A DNA stretch of 64,000 nucleotides from positions 560 through 64,559 of the forward strand of contig JAVBLX010000035.1 of the NCBI GenBank assembly GCA_031553075.1. The letters run 5' to 3'. This DNA is from Acetivibrio sp. (GTDB lineage: Bacteria; Bacillota; Clostridia; Lachnospirales; Lachnospiraceae). Numbering within the stretch: the first letter of the stretch is position 1; every line of letters starts with the position of its first letter. The translations under genes were made by a program, and so were the position numbers. The notes beneath the pieces are model-generated. The model made no database searches, was not told the DNA's origin, and saw only the letters and a program-made list of their open reading frames with translations. Shown piece after piece: positions 17,497 through 27,840 of this stretch.

Positions 17497-18534
17497 ATGT
17501 CAGAGAAAAATATACAAATGGGAGCGCAAAGTGTAATATTTGAAAATCCTCCGTTCATTATGGAAGGAAGCTCCATTGCCGGAAAAAAAGAGGGAGAAGG
17601 TCCGCTGGGTGATTATTTTGATGAAGTAGAAGAGGACCCAATGTGTGGTGGACAGACCTGGGAAGAAGGGGAAAGCAGGCTTTTAAAGCGGGCTATTCAG
17701 AAGGTGTTAGATAAGGCAGAGCTAAAAGCCCAGGATATCCGATACCTTTTATCTGGAGATTTATTAGGACAGCTGATTGCTACTTCATTTGGCGTGTTAA
17801 ATTTTGAAATTCCCATGTTTGGATTGTTTGGAGCTTGCTCTACCATGGGAGAATCCATGTCTTTAGGTGCACTTTTGGTAAATGCTGGTTATGCTGACAA
17901 AGTAATTGCCCTGACCTCAAGTCATTTCGGAAGTGCGGAAAAGCAGTTTCGTTTTCCGCTGGATTTTGGAAACCAAAGACCTTTAAGTGCTACCTGGACA
18001 GTAACTGGAAGTGGTGCGGTCCTCATCAGCTCGGATGAAGCTAAAAAATGTGAAGGAAATAATATAGTGATTGCGGGAATTACGACAGGAAAAATTATTG
18101 ATTTTGGGGTAAAGGACTCTCTTAATATGGGAGCCTGTATGGCACCTGCCGCGGCAGAGCTGATCTGTCAACACTTTAAAGATTTTAATCGTCAGCCCTC
18201 TTACTATGATGCCATCATTACCGGTGACTTAGGGTATGTTGGCAAGGAAATATTAATAGAACTTTTAAGAGGAAAAGGCTATGAGATAAAAGACAATCAT
18301 AGAGATTGTGGTATTGAAATTTTTGACCGTGAGAAGCAGGATACGCATTCAGGAGGAAGCGGCTGTGGCTGCAGCGCCATTACCCTTACCGGATATATTC
18401 TTCGTAAAATGCGAAAAGGTGAATGGAATAAGGTGCTGTTTGTCCCGACCGGGGCTTTACTTTCGCCTACCAGCTTTAATGAAGGAAATTCAGTGCCTTC
18501 CATTGCTCACGGAGTTGTATTGGAGGTGAAATAG
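17497..18534 (+). CDS. spoVAD: Stage V sporulation protein AD (thiolase-like fold)
   Basis: 345 aa. Condensing-enzyme-like sequence (FGACSTMGES..., HSGGSGCGCSA). Confidence 0.92.
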   Translation: MSEKNIQMGAQSVIFENPPFIMEGSSIAGKKEGEGPLGDYFDEVEEDPMCGGQTWEEGESRLLKRAIQKVLDKAELKAQDIRYLLSGDLLGQLIATSFGVLNFEIPMFGLFGACSTMGESMSLGALLVNAGYADKVIALTSSHFGSAEKQFRFPLDFGNQRPLSATWTVTGSGAVLISSDEAKKCEGNNIVIAGITTGKIIDFGVKDSLNMGACMAPAAAELICQHFKDFNRQPSYYDAIITGDLGYVGKEILIELLRGKGYEIKDNHRDCGIEIFDREKQDTHSGGSGCGCSAITLTGYILRKMRKGEWNKVLFVPTGALLSPTSFNEGNSVPSIAHGVVLEVK

Positions 18535-18536
18535 AT

Positions 18537-18893
18537 ATGGACTATGTAATTGCTTTTTTAGTAGGTGGTGCCATTTGTGGGGTAGTACAGCTGCTAATGG
18601 ACAAAACCAAATTAATGCCTGGTCGAATTATGGTAATTCTGGTATGCCTGGGAAGTCTCTTAGGTGCTGTTGGAATTTATCAGCCCTTTGCAGATTGGGC
18701 CAAGGCGGGAGCAACGGTACCGCTGATTGGATTTGGTAATGCGTTATTTCAAGGTGTAAAGAAAGCAGTGGATGCTGATGGCTTTATTGGCATTTTTAAG
18801 GGAGGCTTTACGGCTTCAGCCGTGGGAATTTCAGCAGCCCTCATATTCAGCTATATTGCTTCTTGGATATTCAAGCCAAAATTGAAAAAGTAG
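18537..18893 (+). CDS. spoVAE: Stage V sporulation protein AE (AEb-type)
   Basis: 118 aa membrane protein with GATVPLIGFGN, paralogous to SpoVAC. Operon position supports the call. Confidence 0.9.
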   Translation: MDYVIAFLVGGAICGVVQLLMDKTKLMPGRIMVILVCLGSLLGAVGIYQPFADWAKAGATVPLIGFGNALFQGVKKAVDADGFIGIFKGGFTASAVGISAALIFSYIASWIFKPKLKK

Positions 18894-18915
18894 CACTTAA
18901 TGAGCACTAACAATT

Positions 18916-18937
18916 GAAGCTAGCCGGCAGCTTTTTG
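18916..18937 (+). terminator. Weak intrinsic terminator after spoVAE
   Basis: AAGCT / AGCTT stem around a GC-rich 7-nt loop, followed by a T run (18932-18936). Confidence 0.4.
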
Positions 18938-18946
18938 AGATAAATA

Positions 18947-18968
18947 AAGGAGCGCAGATGCGCTCCTT
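18947..18968. terminator. Hairpin terminator between convergent spoVAE and the PBP gene
   Basis: Perfect 9-bp stem AAGGAGCGC / GCGCTCCTT with an AGAT loop. On the minus strand it is followed by TTTATTTAT. Confidence 0.6.
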
Positions 18969-18994
18969 ATACATAAGCTTTATCGGGCTTATTT

Positions 18995-21700
18995 TTATTG
19001 TTGTATTGGTAGTTCTGGATTATTCTCCGGCTCTGTGCTTGGTGGAGTTGGTAGCAGGGAGTCGTCTGGCGGCAAGAACGGGTCAATATCCGGTGGTAAT
19101 GTAGGGAGCGTTGAAGGATCTGGCTCCTGTACCGGTGGGGATGTATGAATATGGCACACGTCCACAAAAGCATCGGATGAAATGCAAATACTGGAATCTG
19201 CTGTATGACCAGTTTCTTCTTTAAGCAAAAAGACCTTTTCTTCCACAGAGGATTCCGGACAGTACTCGCCGGCCAATTCTCCTGATTCTGTACAAATCTT
19301 GTATTTTACGTGACGATCGCACTTCTCGGTGGGAACCGTTGTAATATCAAAGTATTCTACCTTGGAAGTTGCATCACACAGGCCATCAACGGCAAGCTTA
19401 CCGGATTTGGTACAGATTCTGGCAGTCGTAATTGACTTTGGCATTTCAAATTCAGTATATTCTTTCTTTAATTGATTATGAACTTCTTCCATGACCGTTC
19501 GCCAAAGAACTTTATGGTAGCTGGTGTCGGACTGTTTTTTATTATTGTCATAACCGGACCAGATACCGGCGGTAAAGTAAGGTGTAAATCCAACAAACCA
19601 AAGATCAATATCATTAGAGGTTGTTCCGGTTTTACCGGCTATTGGCATTTTGTAGTCGCTAAAGCGGGTCTTGGTTCCGGTACCCACCTTTACCACATCC
19701 TCCATGGCATTGGTTAATAGCCATGCGGTAGATTCTTTCATAACCTGATTGGTGGAGGCTTCCTTATCAATTAAGAGATTACCATCATGATCCACAATCT
19801 TGGTATAAAGGACTGGTTCGGTGTAAACCCCTTTATTTGCTATGGCAGCATAAGCGGCGGTAAGCTCCAGATTGGTAACCCCCTTTGTCAGGCCACCAAG
19901 AGCCATAGGGTATTGGATATCGGAATATACTTTGCCATCCGCACCTACATAGTTATCATAAACAGTAGAAAAGTTCAGTTTTTTCAGATAATCATAGGCT
20001 ACCTGAGGAGTTACATCGACAAGAGTCTTAACCGTAACAACGTTCATGGAGTTGATGATACCCTGTCTTAAAGTGGTGAGCCCTTTGTATCCGCTTTTGT
20101 CCCAGTTCTGTACCTGCTTGGTGGTGCCAGGATAGTAGAACTCACTGTCATCCTGAACGGAGGCTAAGGTTAGTCCCTTAGTATCCAGAGCGGGGAGATA
20201 AGTGGAAATTACTTTAAAGGTGGAGCCGGGCTGCCTTGGAGAATCAGTTACCCGGTTAAGGGTTCGACTGGCCGTCTTCTTATCTCTTCCTCCTACCATT
20301 GCCAGCACCTTGCCATTGTATTGGTTCATCAGAACAAAGGAAATCTGCGGCTGAATAACATAATTAATCACTTCACCGCTGATTTCATCTCCTTCCTTTA
20401 AAAGGTGGCTGCGATATTCTTCAATATAGGGAGTAGCGTCATCTTTTTCATTAAAATATAAATCAAAGTTTTTCTCTTTTTTATCATAGATAAAATAATT
20501 TTCCAGGTTTCGCTCGGAATAATGATGTTCTTCCCCGTCTTCGGACATAATGGAAAGGCGATAGGTGAGCGCAAACTCGGAATTGGACGGATAGAGGGAC
20601 TCATCACTTAATATTTTGTCACAGATTTTCTGGATTCGTTTGTTTTGAGTCGTGTAAATCTGCAGACCACCCCGATATAAAAGATTTACAGCCTGTGCCT
20701 CACTATAGCCCAGCTCCTTTTGCAGGTCTTCAATGACATCATCAATTAGTGCATCATCAAAATAGCTGTTTACCGATGTGGTAACATCGGAATACTGTTC
20801 ATCATTAATCTGGTGAATCCGGGAATATACATCGTCAGCCAAAGCAATTTCTTTTTCGGCAGTGGTAATATATCCTTGCTCTTCCATGTAGCTCAGGACA
20901 ATTCTTCGCTTTTCTTCATTGTTCTCCGGATGAATAATCGGATTATAAGCGGAAGGTTTTTGGGTAATGCCGGCAATGACGGTTGCTTCGGAAACGGTCA
21001 GTTCGCCTACGTCTTTGTTAAAATATCGCTGGGAAGCGGCCTGTATGCCTAACGTGTTTTGCCCAAGGTTTATTGTGTTCAGGTAATATTCTAAGATTAG
21101 TTCTTTGACCTGTTTTTTGGTAAGGTTTTCAGAAAGCTTTTTTTCCAGCTTTACGGCTAAAAACTGTTCTTGAAATTTTCGCTCCAATTTGTCGCCAAAT
21201 GTTTTTTCGGCACCGCCGTCAAAGACCTGATTTTTAAGGAGCTGTTGGGTCAGAGTACTTCCCCCGCCATCAAAGGAACCAGCGGTTACAATGCCGGAAA
21301 AAGCACGGAGGATTCCTTTGATATCAATTCCATTGTGTTCCCAGAAACGTTTGTCTTCTATGGCAATGAAGGCGTTATAAACATGCGCTGGAATCTGATC
21401 CAGGGTCACGTATACACGGTTAGCGGCAGAACCCACAAGTTGTTGGCTTTCATCGCCGTTGGAATAATACAAAGTGGTAACGAACCCACTTGGTGCAACG
21501 TCGATGGAATCTATACTGGGAGCATTGTCAACGATACCTTTAATGATACCTACGCCGGCAAAGGCTCCAATTACGCATACAGCCAGAATGCAGATGATAA
21601 ATACCCGGAAGAAGGAAACGCCTGCTTTGGAAAGCAGTTTACTCTTTTGGGATTTTAACTGTTTTTGCTTTCTGGTAGTATCTTTTTTACTATAATTCAT
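18995..21700 (-). CDS. Class A (PBP1A-type) penicillin-binding protein, glycosyltransferase + transpeptidase, with a Pro-rich C-terminal tail
   Basis: GT51 motif (AIEDKRFWEHNGID), transpeptidase STFK, SMN and KTGTT motifs, and an N-terminal TM anchor. I use the start at MNYSKK (AGGAGG 6 nt upstream) rather than the track start 21718. Confidence 0.93.
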   Translation of the reverse strand: MNYSKKDTTRKQKQLKSQKSKLLSKAGVSFFRVFIICILAVCVIGAFAGVGIIKGIVDNAPSIDSIDVAPSGFVTTLYYSNGDESQQLVGSAANRVYVTLDQIPAHVYNAFIAIEDKRFWEHNGIDIKGILRAFSGIVTAGSFDGGGSTLTQQLLKNQVFDGGAEKTFGDKLERKFQEQFLAVKLEKKLSENLTKKQVKELILEYYLNTINLGQNTLGIQAASQRYFNKDVGELTVSEATVIAGITQKPSAYNPIIHPENNEEKRRIVLSYMEEQGYITTAEKEIALADDVYSRIHQINDEQYSDVTTSVNSYFDDALIDDVIEDLQKELGYSEAQAVNLLYRGGLQIYTTQNKRIQKICDKILSDESLYPSNSEFALTYRLSIMSEDGEEHHYSERNLENYFIYDKKEKNFDLYFNEKDDATPYIEEYRSHLLKEGDEISGEVINYVIQPQISFVLMNQYNGKVLAMVGGRDKKTASRTLNRVTDSPRQPGSTFKVISTYLPALDTKGLTLASVQDDSEFYYPGTTKQVQNWDKSGYKGLTTLRQGIINSMNVVTVKTLVDVTPQVAYDYLKKLNFSTVYDNYVGADGKVYSDIQYPMALGGLTKGVTNLELTAAYAAIANKGVYTEPVLYTKIVDHDGNLLIDKEASTNQVMKESTAWLLTNAMEDVVKVGTGTKTRFSDYKMPIAGKTGTTSNDIDLWFVGFTPYFTAGIWSGYDNNKKQSDTSYHKVLWRTVMEEVHNQLKKEYTEFEMPKSITTARICTKSGKLAVDGLCDATSKVEYFDITTVPTEKCDRHVKYKICTESGELAGEYCPESSVEEKVFLLKEETGHTADSSICISSDAFVDVCHIHTSPPVQEPDPSTLPTLPPDIDPFLPPDDSLLPTPPSTEPENNPELPIQQ

Positions 21701-21836
21701 AATGCACCTCCTGCACACTACATTATAACAAATGTTCCAAGTGAAATAAAGATAAAATTCGTAGAAACAACTTTGCTATCATATGTAGGTTTGTTATAAT
21801 AGTTAGTAGTGTGTTTATTGAAAGGATTGACAAAAT

Positions 21837-22502
21837 ATGGATGAAAAATACAGAATCGCCTATAAAGGTGGCGAAGGGGAGGTCATAGAGAAAAAATCCC
21901 GGTTCATTGCAACCGTTTTTCCCGTAGATACAGAGGATGACGCCAATACATTTATTCAGGCTATGAAGAAAAAGTACTGGGATGCTTCTCACAATTGCTT
22001 TGCCTACCTGATTGGAGAAAAGCATCAGACTCAACGGTGCAGTGATGACGGTGAGCCCTCCGGTACAGCCGGACGCCCGATGCTGGAGGTACTTTTGGGG
22101 GAGGATATCCATAATGTTTTAGTGGTGGTGACCCGATATTTTGGCGGAACTCTCCTTGGCACTGGCGGTCTGGTACGTGCTTATTCCAAAGCATGTAAGG
22201 AAGGCATTGAAAATAGTGTCATACTGGATAAGTACAAAGGCAGAAAATATATTATAGGAACCGATTATGGCGGCCTTGGGAAGCTACAGTTCCTAATCGG
22301 GCAAAGAGACCTTACCTTGCTGGATACCCTGTATACGGATATGGTAGAGCTCCATGTAATGGTGCCCTCAGGGCAATGTGAGACCTTTGAGCTTGAAGTG
22401 ACAGAAGTAACCGCCGGAAAGGGAACGATAGAAGCAGGCAATGAAGTGGAATATGGAATTGTTAAGGAAAGCGTAACCATTTTTTCAGAGAAACCAAACT
22501 GA
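21837..22502 (+). CDS. yigZ: YigZ / IMPACT family protein
   Basis: 221 aa. EKKSRFIATVFPV and SDDGEPSGTAGRPML motifs. Confidence 0.85.
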   Translation: MDEKYRIAYKGGEGEVIEKKSRFIATVFPVDTEDDANTFIQAMKKKYWDASHNCFAYLIGEKHQTQRCSDDGEPSGTAGRPMLEVLLGEDIHNVLVVVTRYFGGTLLGTGGLVRAYSKACKEGIENSVILDKYKGRKYIIGTDYGGLGKLQFLIGQRDLTLLDTLYTDMVELHVMVPSGQCETFELEVTEVTAGKGTIEAGNEVEYGIVKESVTIFSEKPN

Positions 22503-22583
22503 ATTATTTAGATAGAAATTGAATTTTATTTATTATATATTTATTATTAATTGAAGTTGAATGAGAAATAAATGCCTAAATAA

Positions 22584-22760
22584 TTAAATAAACTGATTTG
22601 CGTTGGCATCATAAAAGTAATCAATTGACTTTAAGGTATCCGCTAAAGTAGTTGGATTTAAGTCCAATGCTTTGCAGAGTTCCTCCAAGGTAGGGTAAAA
22701 GTCTCTTAATTTTGTGTTGATAAAGCTTAATAGGATTACAGGATCGTTGGGAATTGACAT
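22584..22760 (-). CDS. DUF4250-like small protein (58 aa)
   Basis: Not in the track (under 60 aa). Reverse-strand translation: MSIPNDPVILLSFINTKLRDFYPTLEELCKALDLNPTTLADTLKSIDYFYDANANQFI. AAGGAG lies 7 nt upstream. The sequence pattern matches the DUF4250 family as I recall it. Confidence 0.65.
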   Translation of the reverse strand: MSIPNDPVILLSFINTKLRDFYPTLEELCKALDLNPTTLADTLKSIDYFYDANANQFI

Positions 22761-22916
22761 AATTAGACTCCTTTCAAGTATCGGTAGTTAGTATTTGCAA
22801 AACGATGTTCTGATTTTCGAAATATTGTATCACAATAAAATCAATTTTACCAGAGTGGAATAAAAATGCGTATTCCATTCCTTAGAAGAGCGTGTCGCAG
22901 CGCAGGCAGGTATGAC

Positions 22917-24236
22917 ATGGATTTGTTTGAATATATGAGAGAAAGTAAAATGGAAAAAGAGTCACCTTTGGCCAGTCGTTTAAGGCCTTCCACCCTGGAA
23001 GAGGTGGTGGGACAAGGTCACATTATCGGAAAGGATAAGCTGTTATATCGGGCAATCAAAGCGGACAAGCTGAGCTCCATTATTTTTTATGGTCCTCCCG
23101 GTACTGGGAAAACAACCCTGGCAAAGGTAATTGCCAATACTACCAGTGCTAACTTTACCCAGATTAATGCTACTTCATCCGGGAAAAAGGATATGGAAGA
23201 GGTAGTACATCAGGCGAAAGAAACCATGGGGATGTATAGTAAGAGAACCATTCTTTTTATTGATGAGATTCACCGTTTTAACAAAGGGCAGCAGGATTAT
23301 CTGCTTCCCTTTGTGGAGGACGGCACGATTATTTTAATTGGTGCTACGACAGAAAACCCTTATTTTGAGGTGAATCGGGCGCTAATTTCCAGATCTATTA
23401 TTTTTGAACTGAAATCGTTGGAAAAGGATGATATAAAACAGCTGATTAATCGAGCCCTTACTGATGTGGAAAAAGGTCTTGGTGCTTATCAGGCTGTGAT
23501 TGGAGGGGAGGCCCTTGAGTTCCTTTCTGATATTTGCAATGGGGATGCACGCTCGGCTTTAAATGCCGTTGAACTGGGAGTATTAACCACTGGCAGGAGT
23601 GAGGATGGCTTGATTCATATTACCACTCAGGTAGCATCGGAATGTATCCAGAAGAGGGTTCTGGGATATGACAAGAAGGGCGATAACCATTATGACACCA
23701 TTTCCGCTTTTATTAAAAGTATGCGGGGCTCCGATCCGGATGCTGCGATTTATTACCTGGCCCGAATGCTTTATGCGGGGGAGGACATTACGTTTATTGC
23801 CCGTAGAATCATGATTTGTGCCTCTGAGGATGTTTCCAATGCCGATCCGAATGCGATTGTGGTGGCAACAGCAGCAGCCCAGGCAGTAGAGCGGATTGGG
23901 ATGCCGGAAGCACAGATTATTCTGGCACAGGCGGCATCTTATGTTGCTTGTGCACCTAAGAGCAATTCAGCCTGTAATGCTATTTTTGCGGCAATGAAAG
24001 TAGTGGCGGAGGAAAAGACTGGTGGGATACCACCTCATCTGATGGATGCTCATTACAGCGGCGCAGATAAGCTGGGGCATGGATTGGACTACAAATATGC
24101 CCACAACTATGAAAATCATTATGTAGAGCAGCAATACCTGCCCGATGAACTGGTTGGCAGAACTTTTTATTACTTATCGGACAATGGACACGAAAAAGAA
24201 ATAAAAGAGTGGTTTAAAAAAATAAAAGGAAAGTGA
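22917..24236 (+). CDS. rarA: Replication-associated recombination protein A (AAA+ ATPase)
   Basis: Walker A GPPGTGKTTLA, Walker B/sensor FIDEIHRFNK, and a MgsA C-terminal domain. Start chosen at MDLFEY; the track start 22866 adds an Arg/Cys-rich extension. Confidence 0.92.
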   Translation: MDLFEYMRESKMEKESPLASRLRPSTLEEVVGQGHIIGKDKLLYRAIKADKLSSIIFYGPPGTGKTTLAKVIANTTSANFTQINATSSGKKDMEEVVHQAKETMGMYSKRTILFIDEIHRFNKGQQDYLLPFVEDGTIILIGATTENPYFEVNRALISRSIIFELKSLEKDDIKQLINRALTDVEKGLGAYQAVIGGEALEFLSDICNGDARSALNAVELGVLTTGRSEDGLIHITTQVASECIQKRVLGYDKKGDNHYDTISAFIKSMRGSDPDAAIYYLARMLYAGEDITFIARRIMICASEDVSNADPNAIVVATAAAQAVERIGMPEAQIILAQAASYVACAPKSNSACNAIFAAMKVVAEEKTGGIPPHLMDAHYSGADKLGHGLDYKYAHNYENHYVEQQYLPDELVGRTFYYLSDNGHEKEIKEWFKKIKGK

Positions 24237-24306
24237 TTTTGTAATTGTTTTTTATTTGACATACTGATACAATAATGGATAATAATGTAATTGCGGAGGT
24301 GCAGGC

Positions 24307-24702
24307 TTGAAAAACTGTAAATTATTAGTAAAAGGAATCGTAAGATGTAATGATAAATATCTCATCGTTGCAAAGTGGTATGACGATTGTATTAATGAAC
24401 CGGTACGCTGGCAATTTGTGGATGGAGAAGTGGAGCATGGGGAAGCACCGGATGCTGCAGTCGTTCGACTGATTGCAGAACAGACAGGGATTGCGGCAGA
24501 AGTGAACCGGATTATATATACCTGGTCCTTTATGGTAGGCGACACCCATAAGGTAGGAATTGCCTATGAATGTCTGGCTGAGCAGGATACCGTTATCTTT
24601 TCTGAGGATTTGAATGATTCTAAGTGGATTACCAGGGAAGAATTCGAAGGATATATTTATGATGAAAGGGTACTAAAAGACATCGGACGAGTAGAATATT
24701 AG
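24307..24702 (+). CDS. NUDIX hydrolase
   Basis: 131 aa. TTG start after GGAGGTG. Nudix-box-like GEVEHGEAPDAAVVRLIAEQTGI. Confidence 0.75.
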   Translation: MKNCKLLVKGIVRCNDKYLIVAKWYDDCINEPVRWQFVDGEVEHGEAPDAAVVRLIAEQTGIAAEVNRIIYTWSFMVGDTHKVGIAYECLAEQDTVIFSEDLNDSKWITREEFEGYIYDERVLKDIGRVEY

Positions 24703-24711
24703 GAGTAGACA

Positions 24712-25989
24712 ATGAAGATTTTAATTAAAAATGGACATATTTTGGACCCTGAATCGGGACGTGACGGAAGCTATGATTTGCTGATAAAGGATGGCATAAT
24801 TGCAGCAGTCGAGCCATCAATTGTAGTGGATGCGGATGAGATAATTGATGCAGAGGGTCATTTTGTTATGCCGGGATTTATTGACTTGCATGTGCATTTG
24901 CGGGAACCTGGTTTTGAGTACAAGGAGACCATTAAGACCGGATCTATGGCAGCAGCAAGGGGAGGTTTTACTTCTATTTGTCCCATGCCCAATACCAAAC
25001 CGGTGATTGATACGCCGGAGATGATTACCTATATTTTGGAAAAGACCAGAGAAGATTCTGTGGTGAATATTCTTCCGGTTGGAGCGGTTACCATTGGTCA
25101 GATGGGAGAAGACATAACGGATATCAAGGCCATGGCCAGGGCCGGGATGAAGGCCATTAGTGAGGATGGAAAGTCTGTTATGAATGCGGAGCTTTACCGC
25201 AAAGCGATGAGAGAAGCAAAAGAGGCCGGTATTGTAGTGCTTGCCCATTGTGAGGATAAGAATATGGTTGCTGGTGGCGCTATGAATGCTGGCAAGAAGG
25301 CAGAGGAGCTTGGAATTCCAGGGATTAGTAATAGTGTGGAGGATGTTATTGTGGCAAGAGACATTCTTTTGGCTAAGGAGACTGGTGTTAGGCTTCATTT
25401 GTGTCATTGCTCGACCAAAGACAGTGTAAGCCTGGTAAAATGGGCGAAAGAGCAGGGACAGGAGGTTAGTGGTGAGGTGTGTCCTCATCATTTTGTACTG
25501 TCGGATGAGGATATTCTTACGGATGATGGAAATTATAAAATGAATCCGCCTCTTCGCAGCAAAGAAGATGTGGAGGCTCTTAAGCAGGGATTGAAGGATG
25601 GCACGATGACAGCGATTGCTACGGATCATGCACCCCATAGCCGTGAAGAGAAAGAAACTTCCATAAAGGAGGCGGCGTTTGGTATTGTCGGTCTGGAAAC
25701 GGCCTTTGCGCTTACCATGACGGAGCTGGTGACGAAGGGGTATCTGACACCAATGGAGATGGTGGACCGGTTGAGTGTTCAGCCGGCGAAGATTATTGGA
25801 ATCGACAGGGGAAGTCTGGCCGTTGGGAAGGTTGCGGATATTACGATTGCGGATGAAACTGCCAGGTATGAGATTGCGGTGGAGGATTTTGTGTCAAAGG
25901 GGAGGAATACGCCGTTTGATGGGTATCCGGTTGTTGGGAAGGTGTTGCTGACCATAGTGAATGGAGAGGTGGTTTTTAGGGGGAAATGA
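24712..25989 (+). CDS. pyrC: Dihydroorotase
   Basis: 425 aa. DLHVHLREPG metal-binding motif and the amidohydrolase pattern. Confidence 0.95.
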   Translation: MKILIKNGHILDPESGRDGSYDLLIKDGIIAAVEPSIVVDADEIIDAEGHFVMPGFIDLHVHLREPGFEYKETIKTGSMAAARGGFTSICPMPNTKPVIDTPEMITYILEKTREDSVVNILPVGAVTIGQMGEDITDIKAMARAGMKAISEDGKSVMNAELYRKAMREAKEAGIVVLAHCEDKNMVAGGAMNAGKKAEELGIPGISNSVEDVIVARDILLAKETGVRLHLCHCSTKDSVSLVKWAKEQGQEVSGEVCPHHFVLSDEDILTDDGNYKMNPPLRSKEDVEALKQGLKDGTMTAIATDHAPHSREEKETSIKEAAFGIVGLETAFALTMTELVTKGYLTPMEMVDRLSVQPAKIIGIDRGSLAVGKVADITIADETARYEIAVEDFVSKGRNTPFDGYPVVGKVLLTIVNGEVVFRGK

Positions 25990-25994
25990 TTTAA

Positions 25995-26052
25995 AGAACC
26001 TAAAAACGAAACTTAAGGGCAAAACTTAAAAATAAGAACCTAAAAATGAAAC
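25995..26052. repeat. Direct repeat AGAACCTAAAAAYGAAAC x2 in the pyrC-pyrF spacer
   Basis: Copies at 25995-26012 and 26035-26052 differ at one base. Confidence 0.8.
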
Positions 26053-26116
26053 GAAAAGTTAAAGCTAGAAGTATCTAAGGTAAAACATAAAATAAATATA
26101 GAAGGATGGTAGGAAG

Positions 26117-27034
26117 ATGATTAACAAATTGATAAAGCAGATTGAAGCGACAAAGGCACCGATTGTGGTTGGGTTGGACCCGATGATGTCTTATATTCCG
26201 AAGTGGATTCAGGACAAGGCGTTTGAGGAATTTGGTGAGACGCTGGTGGGTGCGGCAGAGGCAATTTGGCAGTATAATAAAGGGATTGTGGATGCTATTT
26301 ATGATTTGATACCGGCGGTTAAGCCTCAGGTTGCCATGTATGAGCAGTTTGGTATTCCGGGGATGATGATTTTTAAGAGAACGGTGGATTATTGTAAGGA
26401 AAAAGGTTTGGTGGTAATTGGAGATATTAAACGTGGTGATATTGGCTCTACATCGGCAGCTTATGCGGTTGGTCATTTGGGAAAGGTACAGGTGGGGTCT
26501 AAGATTTATACACCATTTGATGAGGACTTTATTACCGTAAATCCATATTTGGGCAGTGATGGAATTAATCCATTTTTAGAGGAATGTAAAAAGGAAAATA
26601 AGGGAATTTTTGTGTTAGTTAAAACTTCGAATCCTTCCAGTGGAGAGTTTCAGGATCAGCTGGTGAATGGCAGACCGCTTTATGAACTGGTTGGTGAGAA
26701 GGTAGCTGAGTGGGGCGAGGCTTGCATGGATGGAGAGTACAGTAATGTAGGTTGTGTGGTTGGTGCGACTTATCCGGAGATGGGTAAGATTTTGAGAAAG
26801 ATTATGCCTAAGCAGTATATTCTGGTACCTGGATATGGTGCTCAGGGTGGAAAGGCTTCAGATTTGGCACCATATTTTAATGAAGACGGACTTGGTGCAA
26901 TTGTAAATTCTTCCAGAGGAATTATTGCGGCTTATACGTTGGCAGGTTATGAGAAGTTTGGTGAGGCTAATTATGCGGATGCTTCCAGACAGGCTGTTAT
27001 TGATATGAGAGAAGATTTAAGAAACGCATTATAG
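26117..27034 (+). CDS. pyrF: Orotidine 5'-phosphate decarboxylase (long, type 2)
   Basis: 305 aa. VGLDP..., KPQVAMYE and GDIKRGDIGST motifs. Confidence 0.93.
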   Translation: MINKLIKQIEATKAPIVVGLDPMMSYIPKWIQDKAFEEFGETLVGAAEAIWQYNKGIVDAIYDLIPAVKPQVAMYEQFGIPGMMIFKRTVDYCKEKGLVVIGDIKRGDIGSTSAAYAVGHLGKVQVGSKIYTPFDEDFITVNPYLGSDGINPFLEECKKENKGIFVLVKTSNPSSGEFQDQLVNGRPLYELVGEKVAEWGEACMDGEYSNVGCVVGATYPEMGKILRKIMPKQYILVPGYGAQGGKASDLAPYFNEDGLGAIVNSSRGIIAAYTLAGYEKFGEANYADASRQAVIDMREDLRNAL

Positions 27035-27045
27035 AGGAGACTGGA

Positions 27046-27822
27046 ATGGCAGATAAATTTATGAAAAAAGCAATCATTTCTCAGATTGATAGATTGAGTG
27101 ATGATGTTGTGGATATGTGGATTGACGAGAAAGAAATTGCTCTGGCGGCTAGACCGGGACAGTTTGTATCTCTTTATTGTAAAGATGGTAGTCGTCTTTT
27201 GCCAAGACCTATTAGTATTTGTGAAATAGACCGGGGAGCAGGGAAGCTGCGTCTGGTATATCGGATTGTGGGTGCTGGAACCAAAGAGTTTTCTGACTTT
27301 GCCCAGGGGGATACCATTGATGTGATGGGACCGTTGGGAAATGGGTTTACTTTAGAAGGTGAGAAGGTTCTTTTGATTGGTGGTGGAATTGGAATTCCGC
27401 CGATGCTGGAGCTTTCTAAAGCGCTTTCGGGACAAGGGAAAGAAGTGCAGATGGTTTTAGGCTATCGGGATGCCTTGTTCTTAAATAAAGAGTTTGAGTC
27501 TTTTGGCAAGGTTTATATTGCTACGGAAGATGGCTGTGCGGGATGCAAGGGCAATGTCATTGATGCTATAAATGAAAACAAGCTGGAAGCAGATGTGATT
27601 TTTGCTTGTGGGCCAACACCGATGCTTCGTGGTGTGAAGGCTTATGGGGAAGAAAAGAATATTAAAACGCAGATTTCCATGGAGGAGCGGATGGCATGTG
27701 GTATTGGTGCTTGTCTGGCTTGTGTATGTAAATCAAAAGAAGTGGACCATCATACCAATGTAAACAATAAGCGCATCTGTAAAGACGGACCGGTTTTTTA
27801 CATTGATGATGTGGAATTATAG
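27046..27822 (+). CDS. pyrK: Dihydroorotate dehydrogenase electron-transfer subunit
   Basis: 258 aa. FAD/NAD-binding pattern and a C-terminal 2Fe-2S motif (MACGIGACLACVC). Confidence 0.93.
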   Translation: MADKFMKKAIISQIDRLSDDVVDMWIDEKEIALAARPGQFVSLYCKDGSRLLPRPISICEIDRGAGKLRLVYRIVGAGTKEFSDFAQGDTIDVMGPLGNGFTLEGEKVLLIGGGIGIPPMLELSKALSGQGKEVQMVLGYRDALFLNKEFESFGKVYIATEDGCAGCKGNVIDAINENKLEADVIFACGPTPMLRGVKAYGEEKNIKTQISMEERMACGIGACLACVCKSKEVDHHTNVNNKRICKDGPVFYIDDVEL

Positions 27823-27840
27823 AAAGGAGCCAATTGATTT

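Noticed and set aside
24817-25638. A 273-aa minus-strand ORF inside pyrC. Similar long antisense ORFs occur at 62973-63722 (249 aa, inside the sugar transferase), 51065-51598 (177 aa, inside hndC) and 26075-26476 (133 aa, inside pyrF).
   Set aside because: They lie antisense to genes with unambiguous conserved motifs. They have skewed low-complexity composition (Arg/His/Asn/Leu/Ser-rich), no SD, and no recognisable family. They are classic shadow ORFs.
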